Source: the human T2T-CHM13v2.0 reference genome, Homo sapiens. Taken from it: DNA of 64,000 nucleotides. A program made the position numbers and the translations under genes. The stretch is from contig CP086569.2 of assembly GCA_009914755.4 (NCBI GenBank), forward strand, positions 17,824,001 through 17,888,000, given 5' to 3'. This document shows, in pieces, positions 19,270-34,800 of this stretch; position 1 is the stretch's first letter, and each line of letters starts with the position of its first letter. The notes under the pieces were generated by a model, which did no database searches, was not told the DNA's origin, and saw only the letters and a list, made by a program, of their open reading frames with translations.

Positions 19270-19562
19270 GTCCAGCCACTGTGGCTCATGGCTGTAATCC
19301 CAGCTCTTTGGGAAGCAGAAGCAGGCGGATCACCTGAGGTCAGGAGTTCCGTACTAGCCTGGCCAATATGAGTAAACCTTGCATTTATTAAAAGTACAAA
19401 AAACAAAATAGCTGGGGAAGCGGTATGTGCCTGTAGTCCCAGCTGCTCAGGAGGCTGAGGCAGGAGAATCACTTAAACCCAGGAGGCTGAGGCTGCAGTG
19501 AGCTGACATCATGCCACAGCACTCCAGCCTGGGTGACAGAGCAAAACTCCATCTAAAAAAAA
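19270..19562 (+). mobile_element. Alu
   Basis: gtccagccactgtggctcatggctgtaatccc...gcaaaactccatctaaaaaaaaaaaaaaaaaaa. Confidence 0.95.
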
Positions 19563-20096
19563 AAAAAAAAAAGGTAGGGCAAAAGGGAATAGCAAGAGTA
19601 ACAACAAAATGTTAACCCATTGACACTTTAAGCTATAGTTTACCCACATTTAGGGAAAATCAACTCACTGATGCTTGTCAACCTGCAGAGGCAATGTTTC
19701 AGCTGTGAGCAAATGCTGAGGAGACAAAATGGTAGAATTCTCTTTATGACTTTGTGTCCTGAAAGAACATTATTTTTTTCTGTCAAGTGCAAAGAGAATT
19801 TGTCTCCAAACATAAGTACACCCTGATGGACACACATGCACAAAAACTAGCAGAATGGAAAACAGCCCGTATGATGTAGAGACCATATGTAGGTCTCTAC
19901 TCTAAAATATATGTGAGCAAATCTCTAGTAAATGCTCCTCCTTTATTCTGTGGCACAGTGCATGTTTACAATTGCTATTTATAATGGATCAACTGTTATA
20001 CTCTTTCTCCCCTATTTATAAACCTCTTGAAGACATCAACAACCTATCATCCGCATGGACTTCCACCCACTTAATGCTGTAAGTTCCACATTCTGA

Positions 20097-20097
<1 letters not shown>

Positions 20098-20138
<41 letters not shown>

Positions 20139-20167
20139 TGCAATAACAATAATAATTATTATTATTT
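20098..20167. repeat. (AAT)n microsatellite, which is the T-rich tail of the adjacent minus-strand Alu
   Basis: The sequence is aataataat (about 13 times) ...aataattattatt. Confidence 0.9.
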
Positions 20168-20447
20168 GAGATGGAATCTGGCTTTGTCAACCAGGCTGGA
20201 GTGTGGTGGTACAATTTCAACTCACTGCAACCTCTGCCTCTTGGGTCCAAGGGATTTTCCTGCCTCAGCCTCTCAAGGAGATGGAACTACAGGTGCATGG
20301 CACCACATCAAGCCAATTTTTTGCATGTTAGTAGAGACAGTTTCATCATGTTGGCCAGGCTGGTCCCAATCTCCTGACCTCAGGCAGTCCACCCCCCTCA
20401 GCCTCCCAATGTGCTGGGATTACAGGTGTGAGCCACCATGCCTGGTC
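20168..20447 (-). mobile_element. Alu
   Basis: gagatggaatctggctttgtcaaccaggctggagtg...ctgggattacaggtgtgagccaccatgcctggtc. Confidence 0.95.
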
Positions 20448-20715
20448 CACATCCTGAAATTATTTAAAGACTTGTGGATGATGAGGAAATTAACGGCTTG
20501 GAATATTTGTGCTGTTTTAATTTTAAAAGAGGGTAGTCCTGAATATGAGTGAATTTAAGAAGGCTGGTAGTCTCTACGTAACATTTTAATGTAAATGCTA
20601 ATGGTGATTTAGCTCTTTGAAATTTACTATAGAGTGTTATTACTCGGACTCTGTTGTATTTTTCATAGCATTCATTTTAAAATTTATTTTATTCTTTATT
20701 ATTTATTTTTATTAG

Positions 20716-20984
20716 TTTTTTTGAGACTCCACTCTGTCACCCAGTCTGGAATGCAGTGGCATGATATTGACTCACTGCGGCCTCAGCTTCCTGGGCTCAA
20801 GCAATTCTCCTACCTCAGCCCCTAAGAAGCTGGGTCTCCTGGTGTACACCATCATGTCTAGCTACTTTTATCATTTTTAGTAGAGACAGGGGTTTCACCA
20901 CATTGCCTACGTTGATACCAAACTCCTGTGCTGAAGTGATCCCCCTGCCTTGGCCTTCCAAAGTGCTGGGATTACAGGCAAGAG
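20716..20984 (-). mobile_element. Alu (older)
   Basis: tttttttgagactccactctgtcacccagtctggaatgcagtggc...caaagtgctgggattacaggc. Confidence 0.9.
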
Positions 20985-22490
20985 ACATTTGACTATACTT
21001 GGACTTTTTTTTTTTTTTTTTTAAAGAAAGGCCAAAAGAGAAGTTGGCTGAACAGTGGAAGCATTATATGCAAAATATTATGAAACTGAAATGGGGCTTG
21101 GTGGTAAATCTAACTACTCACCACAGTTTGGAGCTGGCTGTAGATAAATTTATGTCCAATAACATGGTTCCTTTTTAGATCACTGACCAGGTACAAGACA
21201 GTGGTAAGATGGATTCCTATTTACTTTATTATCAGAACGCTTACTGTATAGCTTAAGAGGAAACTACACATAGAGAAAAATAAGTCTATCAAGATATATT
21301 TGAAATGCAGGGAGACTACGGTGCCATTATGAGTTCTGAAATACAAGGGGTTTTGCCTGTTTCCTAAAGACTTGCTCCACTGACCTTTTAATGCAGAACC
21401 TGCTTACACTCATACATGTCCAGAAATCCCAATTCAGTTCATTCAAACATTTTGCAGTGTTGGTGCAACAAATGTGGTTACTTCTCATTCATTCAGTCTT
21501 CCTCTTGTGTTTCAAGATCTTTTCTTACTGTGTCATGTGTCTTCGTTGTATCCATCCTGTGGTAACTCTACTAATACTTTCTGTAAATCAAAAATAAAAT
21601 CATATATGCACAACTGACTGAACAGATGCCTCTTGACCAAGGGGGCCTAGAAAGGGAGGTCAGACACACCACACTTTGTATCCCATCCCCTTTGTGGTTT
21701 AGACACAAAAACTGGCCGGCATTAACGTTGAAATAAGACTGACATAATAGATGCTTTGAGGCAATAAGACACCAAATTATGAAAATGACCTAACTCCATG
21801 CTAGGGGAAGGTTAAGTCACACACCCCTACAGGTTTCTCTGACCCAGTGTATTGGTTAACAAACTTCCTTGTCTTAAACATTTTTTTCTACAGACTCCAA
21901 GTTTTTAGACAAAGCTTTACTCTTTTGCCTAAGTGCAAGTGAAAGCATCTCTGAATCCATCTCTGACTGCTAAGCCTCTGCTGCAAGATGTCCTGCCTTT
22001 TGGGGGCTAAACAACTGTATACCTTCCATGTATTAATTAATGATTTTGCCTATAACTTCTGCTTCTCTAAAATGCATAAAACAGTGTTGTGACCTACCAA
22101 TCTCAGGACCACTTGTGCAAGGTTTCTTGCATTTGGGTTTTCTCCAGGCAGTTATCACTCTTACTGGCTAAAATAAATCTCATTTTTCCCTCCCTCCATC
22201 CTTCCTTTCTTTTTTCCTGCCTTTCTTCCTTTCTTGAATGTGATTCATTGATCAAGTTGTTTCAGCTAACAAAGAACTTCATTCTTTCCCTCCAGTCACA
22301 TTCTGTCCCTAAAACTCTATGTTTAGATTATATTCAATGCACTTCTAAGCCATTTATCTCTCTTCCTTTAGCTGTAGACTCTTCAGTATTCTACCAGTAA
22401 CTAGCTCAACTTTGTAGCTATGCTCATGGCCAGGCAACAGATTAGCTGTCAGGTCCTGGAGTGGCTGCCTTAAAAGACAGGATGAGGTGA

Positions 22491-22785
22491 GGTCAGATGT
22501 GGTGGCTCCTGCCTGTAATTGCAGCAGTTTGGGTAGCCAAAACAGGTGAATCACTTGAGCTCAGGAGTTCAAGACCAGCCTGAACACATGGCAAAACCCC
22601 ATTTCTATAAAAAATATGAAAATGAGCTGGGCATGGTGACATGAGCCTGTGATCCCAGCTACTTGGGAAGCAGAGGTGGGAGGATCGCTTAAGCCCAGGA
22701 GGTTAGGCTACAATCAGCCAAAATCATGCCACTGCACTGCAGCCTGGACAACAAAGCCAGTTCCTGTCTCAAAAGAAGAGATGAG
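22491..22785 (+). mobile_element. Alu (older)
   Basis: ggtcagatgtggtggctcctgcctgtaattgcagc...cagttcctgtctcaaaagaagag. Confidence 0.9.
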
Positions 22786-23139
<354 letters not shown>

Positions 23140-23544
23140 TCAAGGAATAGGTAAAATCTCAAAAGCTCAATTTTGAATTTAAATGTGATATGCAATGGAA
23201 AGCATAAAATAAACTATTGGAAACAGCAGAATATCACTAAATTTTATTTTATAATAATTAGTTTATTTTAAGTATGCTGTTAGGTAAAAAGTAAGAATAA
23301 TAAAAAGTTGAGCTATGGCAGAATAACTTAACACTTCTATCTAGGCTTATGTTCTTATAAACCAGAGTACAGGTTTTTATCAGGATGAGACATGCTGTAT
23401 TGGATTTGTACATTTGTCCCTGGTAATAAAATATGACTATATTTCCAAAAGTGTTCCAGATTGTGTTTTGATGTTTGTGTTATTTTAAGATGCAATGTTT
23501 GGTATAAACAAGCTAACAAAAACTGTATGGATTTGTTAAAGTAA

Positions 23545-23928
<384 letters not shown>

Positions 23929-24013
23929 ACTGATCTATCATTTTCTAAGAGCTAAATTATTATTATCTATATATAATTCCTAAAGTGACTAATTATTTCC
24001 TGATATTTAAAAT

Positions 24014-24371
<358 letters not shown>

Positions 24372-24971
24372 CTATCAGGAGATAGAACTTATTTTGGGAA
24401 TCAAAATAATAAAATCAAACACACCCTGATGACATTATTTATTGAGTTCTTACAATGTTTATCTCAATAGTATTACATATAGTTTTCCAATTTTATAGCT
24501 AACACAATGGTGTGAACCTAAACCACAGTTGTAATTATTATCACAGACAATTTATTTATTTCATATTGTGGTATGTTGAGGATTTCTAATGCTTTAAATG
24601 TAGCAGTGATATGTTGTATATATTAATGATTGAATTTAATTTAAAAAGAAAATGTAGTTTTTGAAAAGGAAAGGTATAACAAAACACTCCCCTTTCTTGA
24701 TAAAATGGCACAGGTGCTGTGATTTTATCAGTTGTCTATTTTTCAAAAGTAAAATAAATTTGACTTTTCCTATTTTAGTCTAATAAAGTCTTAGAGAATC
24801 TACCCAATTATTTTAAAAAGCAAGTAAAACAGACATCAATGGCTTATTTAAAAAACATATAGCATTTTCTTGTAGGTAGAGCCGTTATTCACCTCCTTGA
24901 GCTGTTTAACTTTTGTCCAATTCTGTACCCTCATTCAGAAATATATCTTTTGTACTACCTCCACAGAGTTC

Positions 24972-25251
24972 TTTTTTTTTTTTTTTTGAGACAAAGTCTC
25001 ACTCTTTCATCCATGCTAGAGAGCAGTGTCACAATCTCAGCTCACTGCAGCCTCCACTTCCTGAATTCAAGTGATTCTCCTGCCTCAGCCTCCCAAGTAG
25101 TTGGGATTACAGGCATGCACCAACATATCTGGCAAATTTTTGTATTTTTAGTGGAGACAGGGTTTCACCGTATTGGCCAGGCTGGTCTCGAATTCAAGTG
25201 ATCTGGCCAACCAAAGTGACAGGCTTACAAGCATGAGCCACCATACTTGGC
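24972..25251 (-). mobile_element. Alu (older)
   Basis: A poly-T run is followed by gagacaaagtctcactctttcatccatgctagagagcagtg. Confidence 0.9.
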
Positions 25252-25809
25252 TGCTTTTCCTTAATTTCTTACTTTATATTACTATCCCTATAACTTAAAA
25301 TATAATTTTACATGTTCTTTTATTTTTATAACCCAATTGAACAAACTCACATCGACAGGATGCTCAGCATCAGCATTTTTTTATTGGCACTATTTCACTT
25401 TAGTTTTAACGATGCTTGGTAGAAAATATTGTCATAGTCTAGCCAGGAAAACAAGTTAGAGAATTTGCTTTAAATAGAATAGAAAAATGTAGGCAAACAG
25501 AAACAACTGAGTTGACTCGACAGCAGTGATGTTGAAAACCAGCCTCCAGTCCCTACACCTAGGACAGGAAAGAAAGAAGTTGATTTTATAAAATGTAGCA
25601 GCTTGTGTCATTTTCTATAGCATATTCCTAAGATAATATCATTGATCTGATTACAGTATCATTATAGCATGTCCTGTATGTGGTGGCAAATGATCTATAT
25701 CATGTATTATGTCTCTCATTGATTTTCTCACTGTATTTTTATAATATATGATCCTATATGAACTATAAGATCATTTTCTCAATGCAAAAGATAAAACACC
25801 TTGCTAAGA

Positions 25810-26847
25810 TACATATTTTTATTGGGGGAACCGCCCCTAATACATCAGTGTAGGTTATTTCTATTTTCCATAAGTGTTGGCTGGCTGAAAAATAATGAGA
25901 GACAGTACAAAGAGGAATTTTACAGCTGGGCCACCAGGGGTGACATCACATATCATTAGGACCATGATGCCCACCTGGGTCTCAAACCAGCAGGTTTGTA
26001 TTAAGGGTTTAAAAAGTGAGGGGGTGTAAGAACAGGGAGTAGGTACAGACATCACATGCTTCAAAGGGCAAAAAGCAGAACTACTAATAAGGGTCTAACA
26101 AAGATCACATGCTTCTGAGGGAACAGGACAAAGGGAAAAAGCAGAGCCACTGATAAGGGTCTGTGTTCAGCAGTGCACTTATTGTCTTGATAAACATCTT
26201 AACAGAAAACAGGGTATGAGAGCAGAGAACCAGTCTGACCACAAATTTACCAAGGCAGAGATTTTTCTCCACCCTAGTAAGCCTGATGGTACTGCAGGAA
26301 ACCAGGGCATATCTCAGTCCTTATCTCAACTGCATAAGACAGACATTCCCAGAACAGCCATTTATAGACCTCCCCGCAGGAATGCATTCCTTCCCCAGGG
26401 TATTAATATTAATATTCCTTGCTAGGAAAAGAATTTACCAATAACTTCCCTTGCATGTCTGTTTACAGGCTCTCCACAAAAAGAAAAATATGGCTTTTTT
26501 TGCCAGACTCCACAGGCAGTCAGACCTTATGGTTGTCTTCCCATGTTCCCTAAAAATCGCTGTTATTCTGTTCTTTTTCAAGGTGCACTGATTTCATATT
26601 GTTCAAACACACATGTTTTACAATCAATTTGTACAGCTAACAATTATCACAGTGGTCTTGAGGTGAGGTAAATCCTCAGCTTAAATCCTCAGGATTAAGA
26701 GACTAAAGTAAAGACAGGCATAAGAAATTATGAAAGTATTATTTAGGAACTGATAAATGTCCACATAATCTTCACAATTTATTTTCCTCTGCTGCGGCTC
26801 CAGCTGGTCCCTCCATTCGGGGTCCCTGACTTCCTGCAACATATATT
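25810..26847 (-). repeat. Solitary LTR-like element (ERV LTR, family unresolved) with U3-like tandem ~55-60-bp repeats, a TATA motif and AATAAA
   Basis: Read on the minus strand it contains gacccttatcagtggctctgctttttccctttgtcctgttccctcagaagcatgtgatc and a second copy gacccttattagtagttctgctttttgccctttgaagcatgtgatg. It also contains tctataaatgg and ccaataaaaat. The family could not be matched from memory. Confidence 0.35.
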
Positions 26848-27156
26848 GGCCGGGCATGGTGGCTCATGCCTATAATCCCAGTACTTTGGATGTGGGTGGA
26901 TCACAAGGTCAGGAGATCAAGATCATCCTGGCTAATACAGTGAAACCCTGTCTCAACTAAAAAAAAAAAATAAAAAAATACAAAAAAGTAGCCAGGATTG
27001 GTGGCAGGCAACTGTCAGTACCAGCTACTTGGGAGTCTGAGGCAGGAGAATGGCATGAATCTGGGAGGTGGAGCTAGCAGTGAGCCAAGATGACAACACT
27101 GCACTCCAGCCTGGGTGACAGAACGAGACTCCATCTCAAAAAAAAAGAAAAAAAAT
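26848..27156 (+). mobile_element. Alu
   Basis: ggccgggcatggtggctcatgcctataatcccagtactttgg...gactccatctcaaaaaaaaagaaaaaaaa. Confidence 0.95.
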
Positions 27157-27731
27157 CCATATTTTTATGACAACTGATTCATACATTAATTTTGGTAGAG
27201 GTGGCATTTTCATGATATATAATTTAAGCATTTGAGAATAAAACATATACTTCTATTTGTTTGGGTATTCTGTGTCCCAGTTTAATTTAATATATTTCTT
27301 CCCAGGGTCATTTTTATTATATGCACTGCTAAGTTTTTTTAAAAAATTACTGAATTATCAACAGAATGTTCCCATATTTCTTTCTAGGTTCTTATTGCAG
27401 CATGTAAAAAAACCTGATAATTTTTATTTATTTACTTTCTATTCAGCAATGTTACCAAATTAGTCTATTTTTCTAACAGGCTTTAATAGATTTTCTCAGG
27501 TAAGCATTTATGCTATCAGCAAAAGTGCTCCAATTTTATGTTCTTTTCCAATAGTTATCACAATGTTCATTTACTCATTTCACTGCATTTACCACAATCT
27601 TCCAGAAGTCACTGGATAATAACAGAAATAAAAGGCATTCCCATATGCCCTCTGATTTTTCTTGAAATTACTTTTCTTGAATTTGCTTTTTGTGTTTTAG
27701 GCTGCAGTTGATATTCGTCTTAGAAAAGCAC

Positions 27732-28033
27732 TTTTTTTTTTTATTTGTTTCATTTGAGACTGTTTCTTGCTTTGGTGCCCACGTTGGAGTACAGTGGTGT
27801 GATCCCAGCTCACAGCAGACTCAACATCCTGGGGTCAAGCAATCCTCCTATCTCAGCCTCTTTACTATGTGGAGCTATAGGCATGTGCCACCACACTCAG
27901 CTAATTTTGATTAATTTTTGTAAAGGTGGAATTTTGCCATGTTGCCCAGGCTGCTCCCAAATACCTGGTCTCAAGCAATCCTCCAAACTGAGTCTCCCAA
28001 AGAGCTGGGATTATAGGCACAAGCCATGCACAT
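27732..28033 (-). mobile_element. Alu (AluJ-like, old)
   Basis: A poly-T run is followed by gagactgtttcttgctttggtgcccacgttggagtacagtggtgtgatc. Confidence 0.9.
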
Positions 28034-28062
28034 AGCTGAGATGCTTTTCTTATTTGTGTGTT

Positions 28063-28125
28063 TGTTAAAATGTCTTATCCTTTTTAAAATGTCTTATCCT
28101 TTTTAAAATGTCTTATCCTTTTCTT
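28063..28125. repeat. 21-bp tandem repeat (aaaatgtcttatcctttttaa), three copies
   Basis: Read directly from the sequence. Confidence 0.9.
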
Positions 28126-28504
28126 CTTACTATTTTAGATTCAGTTATAATTCTTCAGTGCCTATTGATGGACTCACACACTTGTCTTTCATTGGTTGAA
28201 TTAATGGATTATATTGACAGATTTTCTAACATAGTGCATTTTTCTAATGCATTGTAATTTTTGCAGCTACTCTTCTTAACCACATAGAGTGTCATTCCAT
28301 GCTATGATACTAGATTTTAAACAAGTTTCAAAGGCACCAATATCATTAGGAAGATTGAATTATATTTACCTACACTAAAATCATTATTTTGTATCAAAAA
28401 TGAATATATGCTTTATGTAGAAAGTACCGTATTTCATATATTAACTCATTTTATTCTAAAAAGTAGTCATCTAGCCTAAGCAATATAGGAAAACATTGTC
28501 TCTA

Positions 28505-29040
<536 letters not shown>

Positions 29041-30324
29041 AGTCATAAAATGGCTAGTTTACCTCTCAATCTGTGGAGTGGTAAAACCTCCCTGGATGTC
29101 TCAGTGCTTCTGTGAGATGACTTAGCCTTTCTTAGAAAAATGTTTGCTTTCATTTCCGTTTGAAGCATCTCCTCATACTGTGAGAACTGGATAAGCAGCC
29201 ATGTATCTAGTTAATTTCTCTTATTGGAAATCATAATAAAACTTCTTATTTCCCCAAAGCCAAATGCTAACAGCTCTCACTTGTTCTTAGGCTAAGTGCC
29301 TAGAAACTTGTCAGACTGGTGCAAGTACCCAAGTACCCAAGTAGGTATTTAGATTTCAAGGAGGAAAACACCCAGATGTTGGCAGCATCTCTAGGTGATA
29401 AAAAACACAGGCTCCTTCAGCTTCTGGAGAGGTTTTATTTTATATTTCAAAGGGCTGGAGAAAGGAGGTGATCCCTTCAGCAGCAAAGGGACATCTCCTT
29501 CCTTTTCTTTTATAAACAGTTTAAAAAATTTTTTATCTCTCAACCTAAGAAGTGTGTTAGGTTGCTTGCTTAAGACAATTGACCTGGTTCTCATTGTATT
29601 TCCCCAGGATAAAGACTAGCAGAGAGATTGAGAACACTCTTCTTATGTGCTGTGTGGTTTTGTGGTTTTTAATAAAAAAATCTATCTCTGAACCAGAACA
29701 TCTTGTGTGCACATTCAGAATAAAATTCATAAAGATGAATAACTAAAGCCTAATGCATCCCCTTTCTTGTTAACCAATGAAGATGCTAAAATTCATGCTG
29801 CTAGATGCAAAGCTAGCTGGAACCTACAACTTGTATTCATCATATTTCTATAGTGTACTTATCAGAGGCATTTGAACAAAAGCAATTCCATCTTGAATAG
29901 GGGCTGTGTTAAATGAGGCTGAAACATGCTGGGCTGCATTCCCTGGAGATCTGGCATTCTAAGTCACAGTATAAAAGGGGAAGTAGGCAGAACCAGTATC
30001 ACAAATCAAAAGACCAGATAAAACAGGATACGTAAAAGAAGCTGGCCAAAACTGGCCAAATCTAAGATGGCAACACAAATGACCTCTGGTCATCCTTCCT
30101 GGTCATATGCTAATTATAATGCATTAGCTGCTTAAAGACTTAAAGACATGTCCACTATTGCCATGAGAGTTTGCAAATGCCATGACAATGTCCATTAATT
30201 ATCATTACCCTCTAAGGTATATAAAGGGGAAGAACACTCAGTTTAAAGAATTGCCCACACCTTTTCTAGAAAACTAATGAATAAACCACTCCTTGTTTGG
30301 CACATAATCAAGCAGTAACTGTAA

Positions 30325-30683
<359 letters not shown>

Positions 30684-30849
30684 GGAGTAGCCGTTCTTTA
30701 TTCCTTTACTTTCTTAATAAGCTTGCCTTCACTTTACTATACAGACTCGCTCTGATTTCTTTCTTGTGTGAAGTCCAAAAACCCCTTCCTGGAATCTGGA
30801 TCAGGAACTCTTTCTGGTAACATCCTCATCAAATAAATTAGTGGGCTCC

Positions 30850-31570
30850 GTATTATTTCTGTGGAATGAAAGAGTTTAATATCAAGATTTATGGTTTTTT
30901 ATTTGAATATGAGTTGCAATTCAGCTGTAAAAAGGCCTATTTCTGTTGCATATTTCAATGGTAGATCTCTAGTGGGCTTGACATTTATTTCCATGAAAAC
31001 CAGCCAACTTTGTTTTCTCAATTTTGTTCCATCAAACTTAGTAATTTTTATTTCCCACAAAATCTTCTGCTGCTTCTGTTTGCAAATTAAGTGTAATAGA
31101 TTTTCATGTAATTTTTTTATCATTGGTATCCATTTCTTTAAATTCCCCTGTGTCTGATGTAAGCCCCCCCTTTTTTTAATAATGTAATCTTGCTATTTGT
31201 TTCTTCACAATCCATCAGACTCACAGAGACTTTATCTGTTTTATTTCATTGCAAAATTTTAAGAAACTATCTTGGGTGGTAGGTATGATTTTTATTTTCC
31301 ATTCCATTAATTTCATCTTCAATCTTTATTATCATTTTTCTATTCAATTTTATCTTATTTTGTTCTTTATTCAAATAAATACTTAGTTTGTTTGCTTCTC
31401 TCATTTCTTTTAGATAATATAGACATTTGAGGCTGTGTTTTCCTTTGAGTGCTCTTAAAACTGCTTTTGGAAAAATTGTAACAGTGAGAAAATTATGACA
31501 GCGAAAGGGATCTACTGTAATGGACTCCATCTTCCTTGTAAAAGCCAAGCTGCCCTTGTTCATTCCCAGG
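30850..31570 (-). mobile_element. Ancient L1 (L1M-like) ORF2 fragment
   Basis: The reverse-strand ORF 31267..31563 (...LKEMREANKLSIYLNKEQNKIKLNRKMIIKIEDEINGMENKN) weakly resembles L1 ORF2 ([31 protein letters not shown]...). The region is highly diverged. Confidence 0.4.
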
Positions 31571-31807
31571 CATCTGAACTAACTTTGGAAGGAACTTAGT
31601 TTATAGTTTAACTGTGACAAAGATAACAGCCCTTTCCCAAAGCAAACTACCATCTTGCCTGGAGACAAGACTTCCTTTTTAGGATGAATAAGTTAAGCCC
31701 AAAATTAGAAATTATGTTTTAGGACTCATGAAGCCAGAAGCCACAATATTCTAATCCTTTCTGGTTACTCCTAAGAATAGCATCACTATTGTAAAACCTA
31801 AGATTCA

Positions 31808-34800
31808 AGGATTCCTGGCAAGATGGCCAAATAGGAACAGCTCTGATCTGCAGTTCCCAGTGAGATTAACACAGAAGGCTGGTGATTTCTGCATTTCCAA
31901 CTGTGGTACCTGGTTCCTCTCACTGGGACTTGTTGGACAAGTGTGTACAGCCCAAGGAGAGTGAACTGAAGCAGGATGGGGCATCGCCTCACCTGGGAAG
32001 TTCAAGAGGTTGGCGAACTCCCTCTCCTAGCCAAGGGAAGCAATTAGGGATGGTACTGTGCACTTCCGCCCAGATATTGCACATTTCCCACCATCTTCAC
32101 AAGCTGCAGATCAGGAGAATCCCTTCAGTGCCTATTCCTCTAGGGGCCTGGGTTTGCGGCATAAAACTAGGAAGCTGTTTGGGTAGATAACAAACAATCC
32201 ACAGGAGTTTGTTTTCATACCCCACTGGCACCTGGGATGCCAGTGGAAAAGAACTGTTCACTCCCCTGGAAAGGGGGCTGAAGCCAGGGAGCCAAATGGT
32301 CTGGCTCAGTGGGTCACAGCCCCATGGAGCCCAGCAAGCTAAGATGCACTGGCTTGACATTCTTGCACCAGCACACCAGTCTGAGTTCAACTTGGGATGC
32401 TCAAGCTTGGGGGTGGGGAGGGGCATCTGCCTTTGCTGAAGCTTGGGTAGACAGCTTCACCCTCACAATGTAAACAAAGCTGCAGGCAATTTCAAATTGG
32501 GCACAGCCCACAGAGGCTAGGCAAGGCCACTGGAACAAGACTGCCTTTCTAGATTCCCTCCCATTGGGACAGGGATCTCTGGAAAAAAGGCAGCAACCTT
32601 AGTCAGAGGCTTATAGATAAAACACATCCCTGGGACAGAGGACCTGGGGAAAGGGGAAGTTGTGGGAACAGCTTCAGCAGACTTAAACATCCCTGCCTGG
32701 CCATTCTGAAGACATTAGGGGATCTTCCAGACATCGTTCACTAACTGATAAGGAACAGTCTGCCTCCTCATGTGGGTCCCTGATCCCCATGTATCCTGAG
32801 AGGGAGACACCTCTCAGTAGGTGCCAACAGACACATCATACAGGAGAGCTCTAGCTGTCATCTGGTGGGTGCCCCTCTGGGATGACACTTCCAGGGGGAA
32901 GAACAGGCAGCAATCTTTGCTGTTCCCCAGGCTCTGCAAGTGATACCAGAGCAAACATGGTATGGAGTGGACCTCCAGCAAGCTCCAGTAGACCTGCAGC
33001 AGAGGGGCCTGACTGTTAGAAGGAAAACTAACAAACAGAAATGAATAGTATCAACACCAACAAAGGACATCCACTCAGAGACCCAATCAGAAGGTCACTG
33101 ACTTCAAAGGCCAAAGATAAATAAATCCAGGAAGATTGGGAGAAAACAGTGCAAAAAGCCTGAAATTTCCAAAAGCAGAATGGTTTTTATCCTCCAAAGG
33201 ATCACGACTGCTCACCAGCAAGGGAACAAAACTGGATGGGGAAGGAGTTTGATGAATTGACAGAGTAGGGTTCAGAAGGTGGGTAATAACAAATTCATCC
33301 AAGCTAAAGGAGCATGTTCTAACCCAATGCAAGGAAGCTAGGAACATTGAAAAGAGGTTAGACAAATTGCTAACTAGAATAACCAGTTTAGAGAAGAAAA
33401 TAAATGACCTGATGGAGCTGAAAAACACAGAATGAGAACTTCATGAAGTATACATAATTATCAGTAATCAAATTGATCAAGCAGAAGAAAGGATATAAGA
33501 GATTAAAGATCAACTTAACGAAACAAAATGGGAAGACAAGATTAGAGAAAAAAGACTGAAAAGAAACCAACAAAGCCTCCAAGAAATATGGGGCTACGTG
33601 AAAAGACTAAACCTACATTTGATGGGTCTACCTGAAAGTAACGGGGAGAATGGAACCAAGTTGGAAAACACTCTTCAGGATATTATCCAGGAGAACTTCC
33701 CCAACCAAGCAACGCAGGCCAACATTTGAATTCAGGAAATACAGAGAACACCACAAAAATAATCCTTGAGAGGAGCAACCCCAAGACACATAATTGTCAG
33801 ATTCACCAAGGTTGAAATGAAGGAAAAAATGTTAAGGGCAGCCAGAGAGAAAGGTCGGGTTACTCCCAAAGGGAAGCCCATCAGACTAACAGCAAATCTC
33901 TCAGGAGAAACCCTATAAGACAGAAAAGAGTAGGGGCCAATATTCAACATTCTTACAAGAGCTCGTGAAGGAAGCACTAAACATGGAAAGGAACAACCGG
34001 TAACAGCCAGTGCAAAAACATACCAAACTGTAAAGGTCATTGTCACTATGAATAAACTGCATCAACTAACTGGCAAAGTAACCACCTAGCATCATAATAA
34101 AAAGATCAAATTCACATATAACAATATTAAATATGAACAGGCTAAATGCCCCAATTAAAAGACAGACAGGAAAATTGGCTAAAGAGTAATCCATCAGTGT
34201 GCTGTATTTAAGAGACCCTTCTCACATGCAAACAGGCACATAGCCTCAAAATAAAAGGAGAGAGGAATATTTATCAAGTAAATGGAAAATAAAAAATTAC
34301 GGGTTGCTATGCCATCCTCTGTTAAAACAGACTTTAAACCAACAACAATCAAAAGAGACAAAGAAGGGCATTACATAATGGTAAATGAATCAATTCAACA
34401 AGAAGAGATATAATAAATAAATATGCACCCAATTCAGGGGCACCTAGATTTATAAAGCAGGTTCTTAGAGCCCTTCAAAGAGACTTAGACTCCCACACAA
34501 TAGTAGTGGGAGACTTTAACACCCCACAGTCAGTATTAGACAGATCAACAAGACAAAAAATTAACAACGAGATTCAGGACTTGAACTCATCTGTGAACTG
34601 AGCAGACCTAGTAGACATCTCCAGAACTCTCTCCCCTAAATCAACATAAGGTACATTATTCTCTGAACCACATTGCACTTATTCTAAAATTTACCACAAA
34701 ATTGGAAGTAAAACAGTTCTGAGCAATTGCAAAACAATGGAAATCATAACAAGCTCTCATATCACAGAGGAACCAATTTAGAACTCAGGATTAAGAAACT

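Noticed and set aside
25810-26847. Calling the LTR-like block LTR12 (HERV9 LTR) because of its tandem U3 repeats
   Set aside because: I could not match either terminus to the LTR12 ends I remember, and the similarity is only architectural. I have left it as an unclassified LTR-like element at low confidence.
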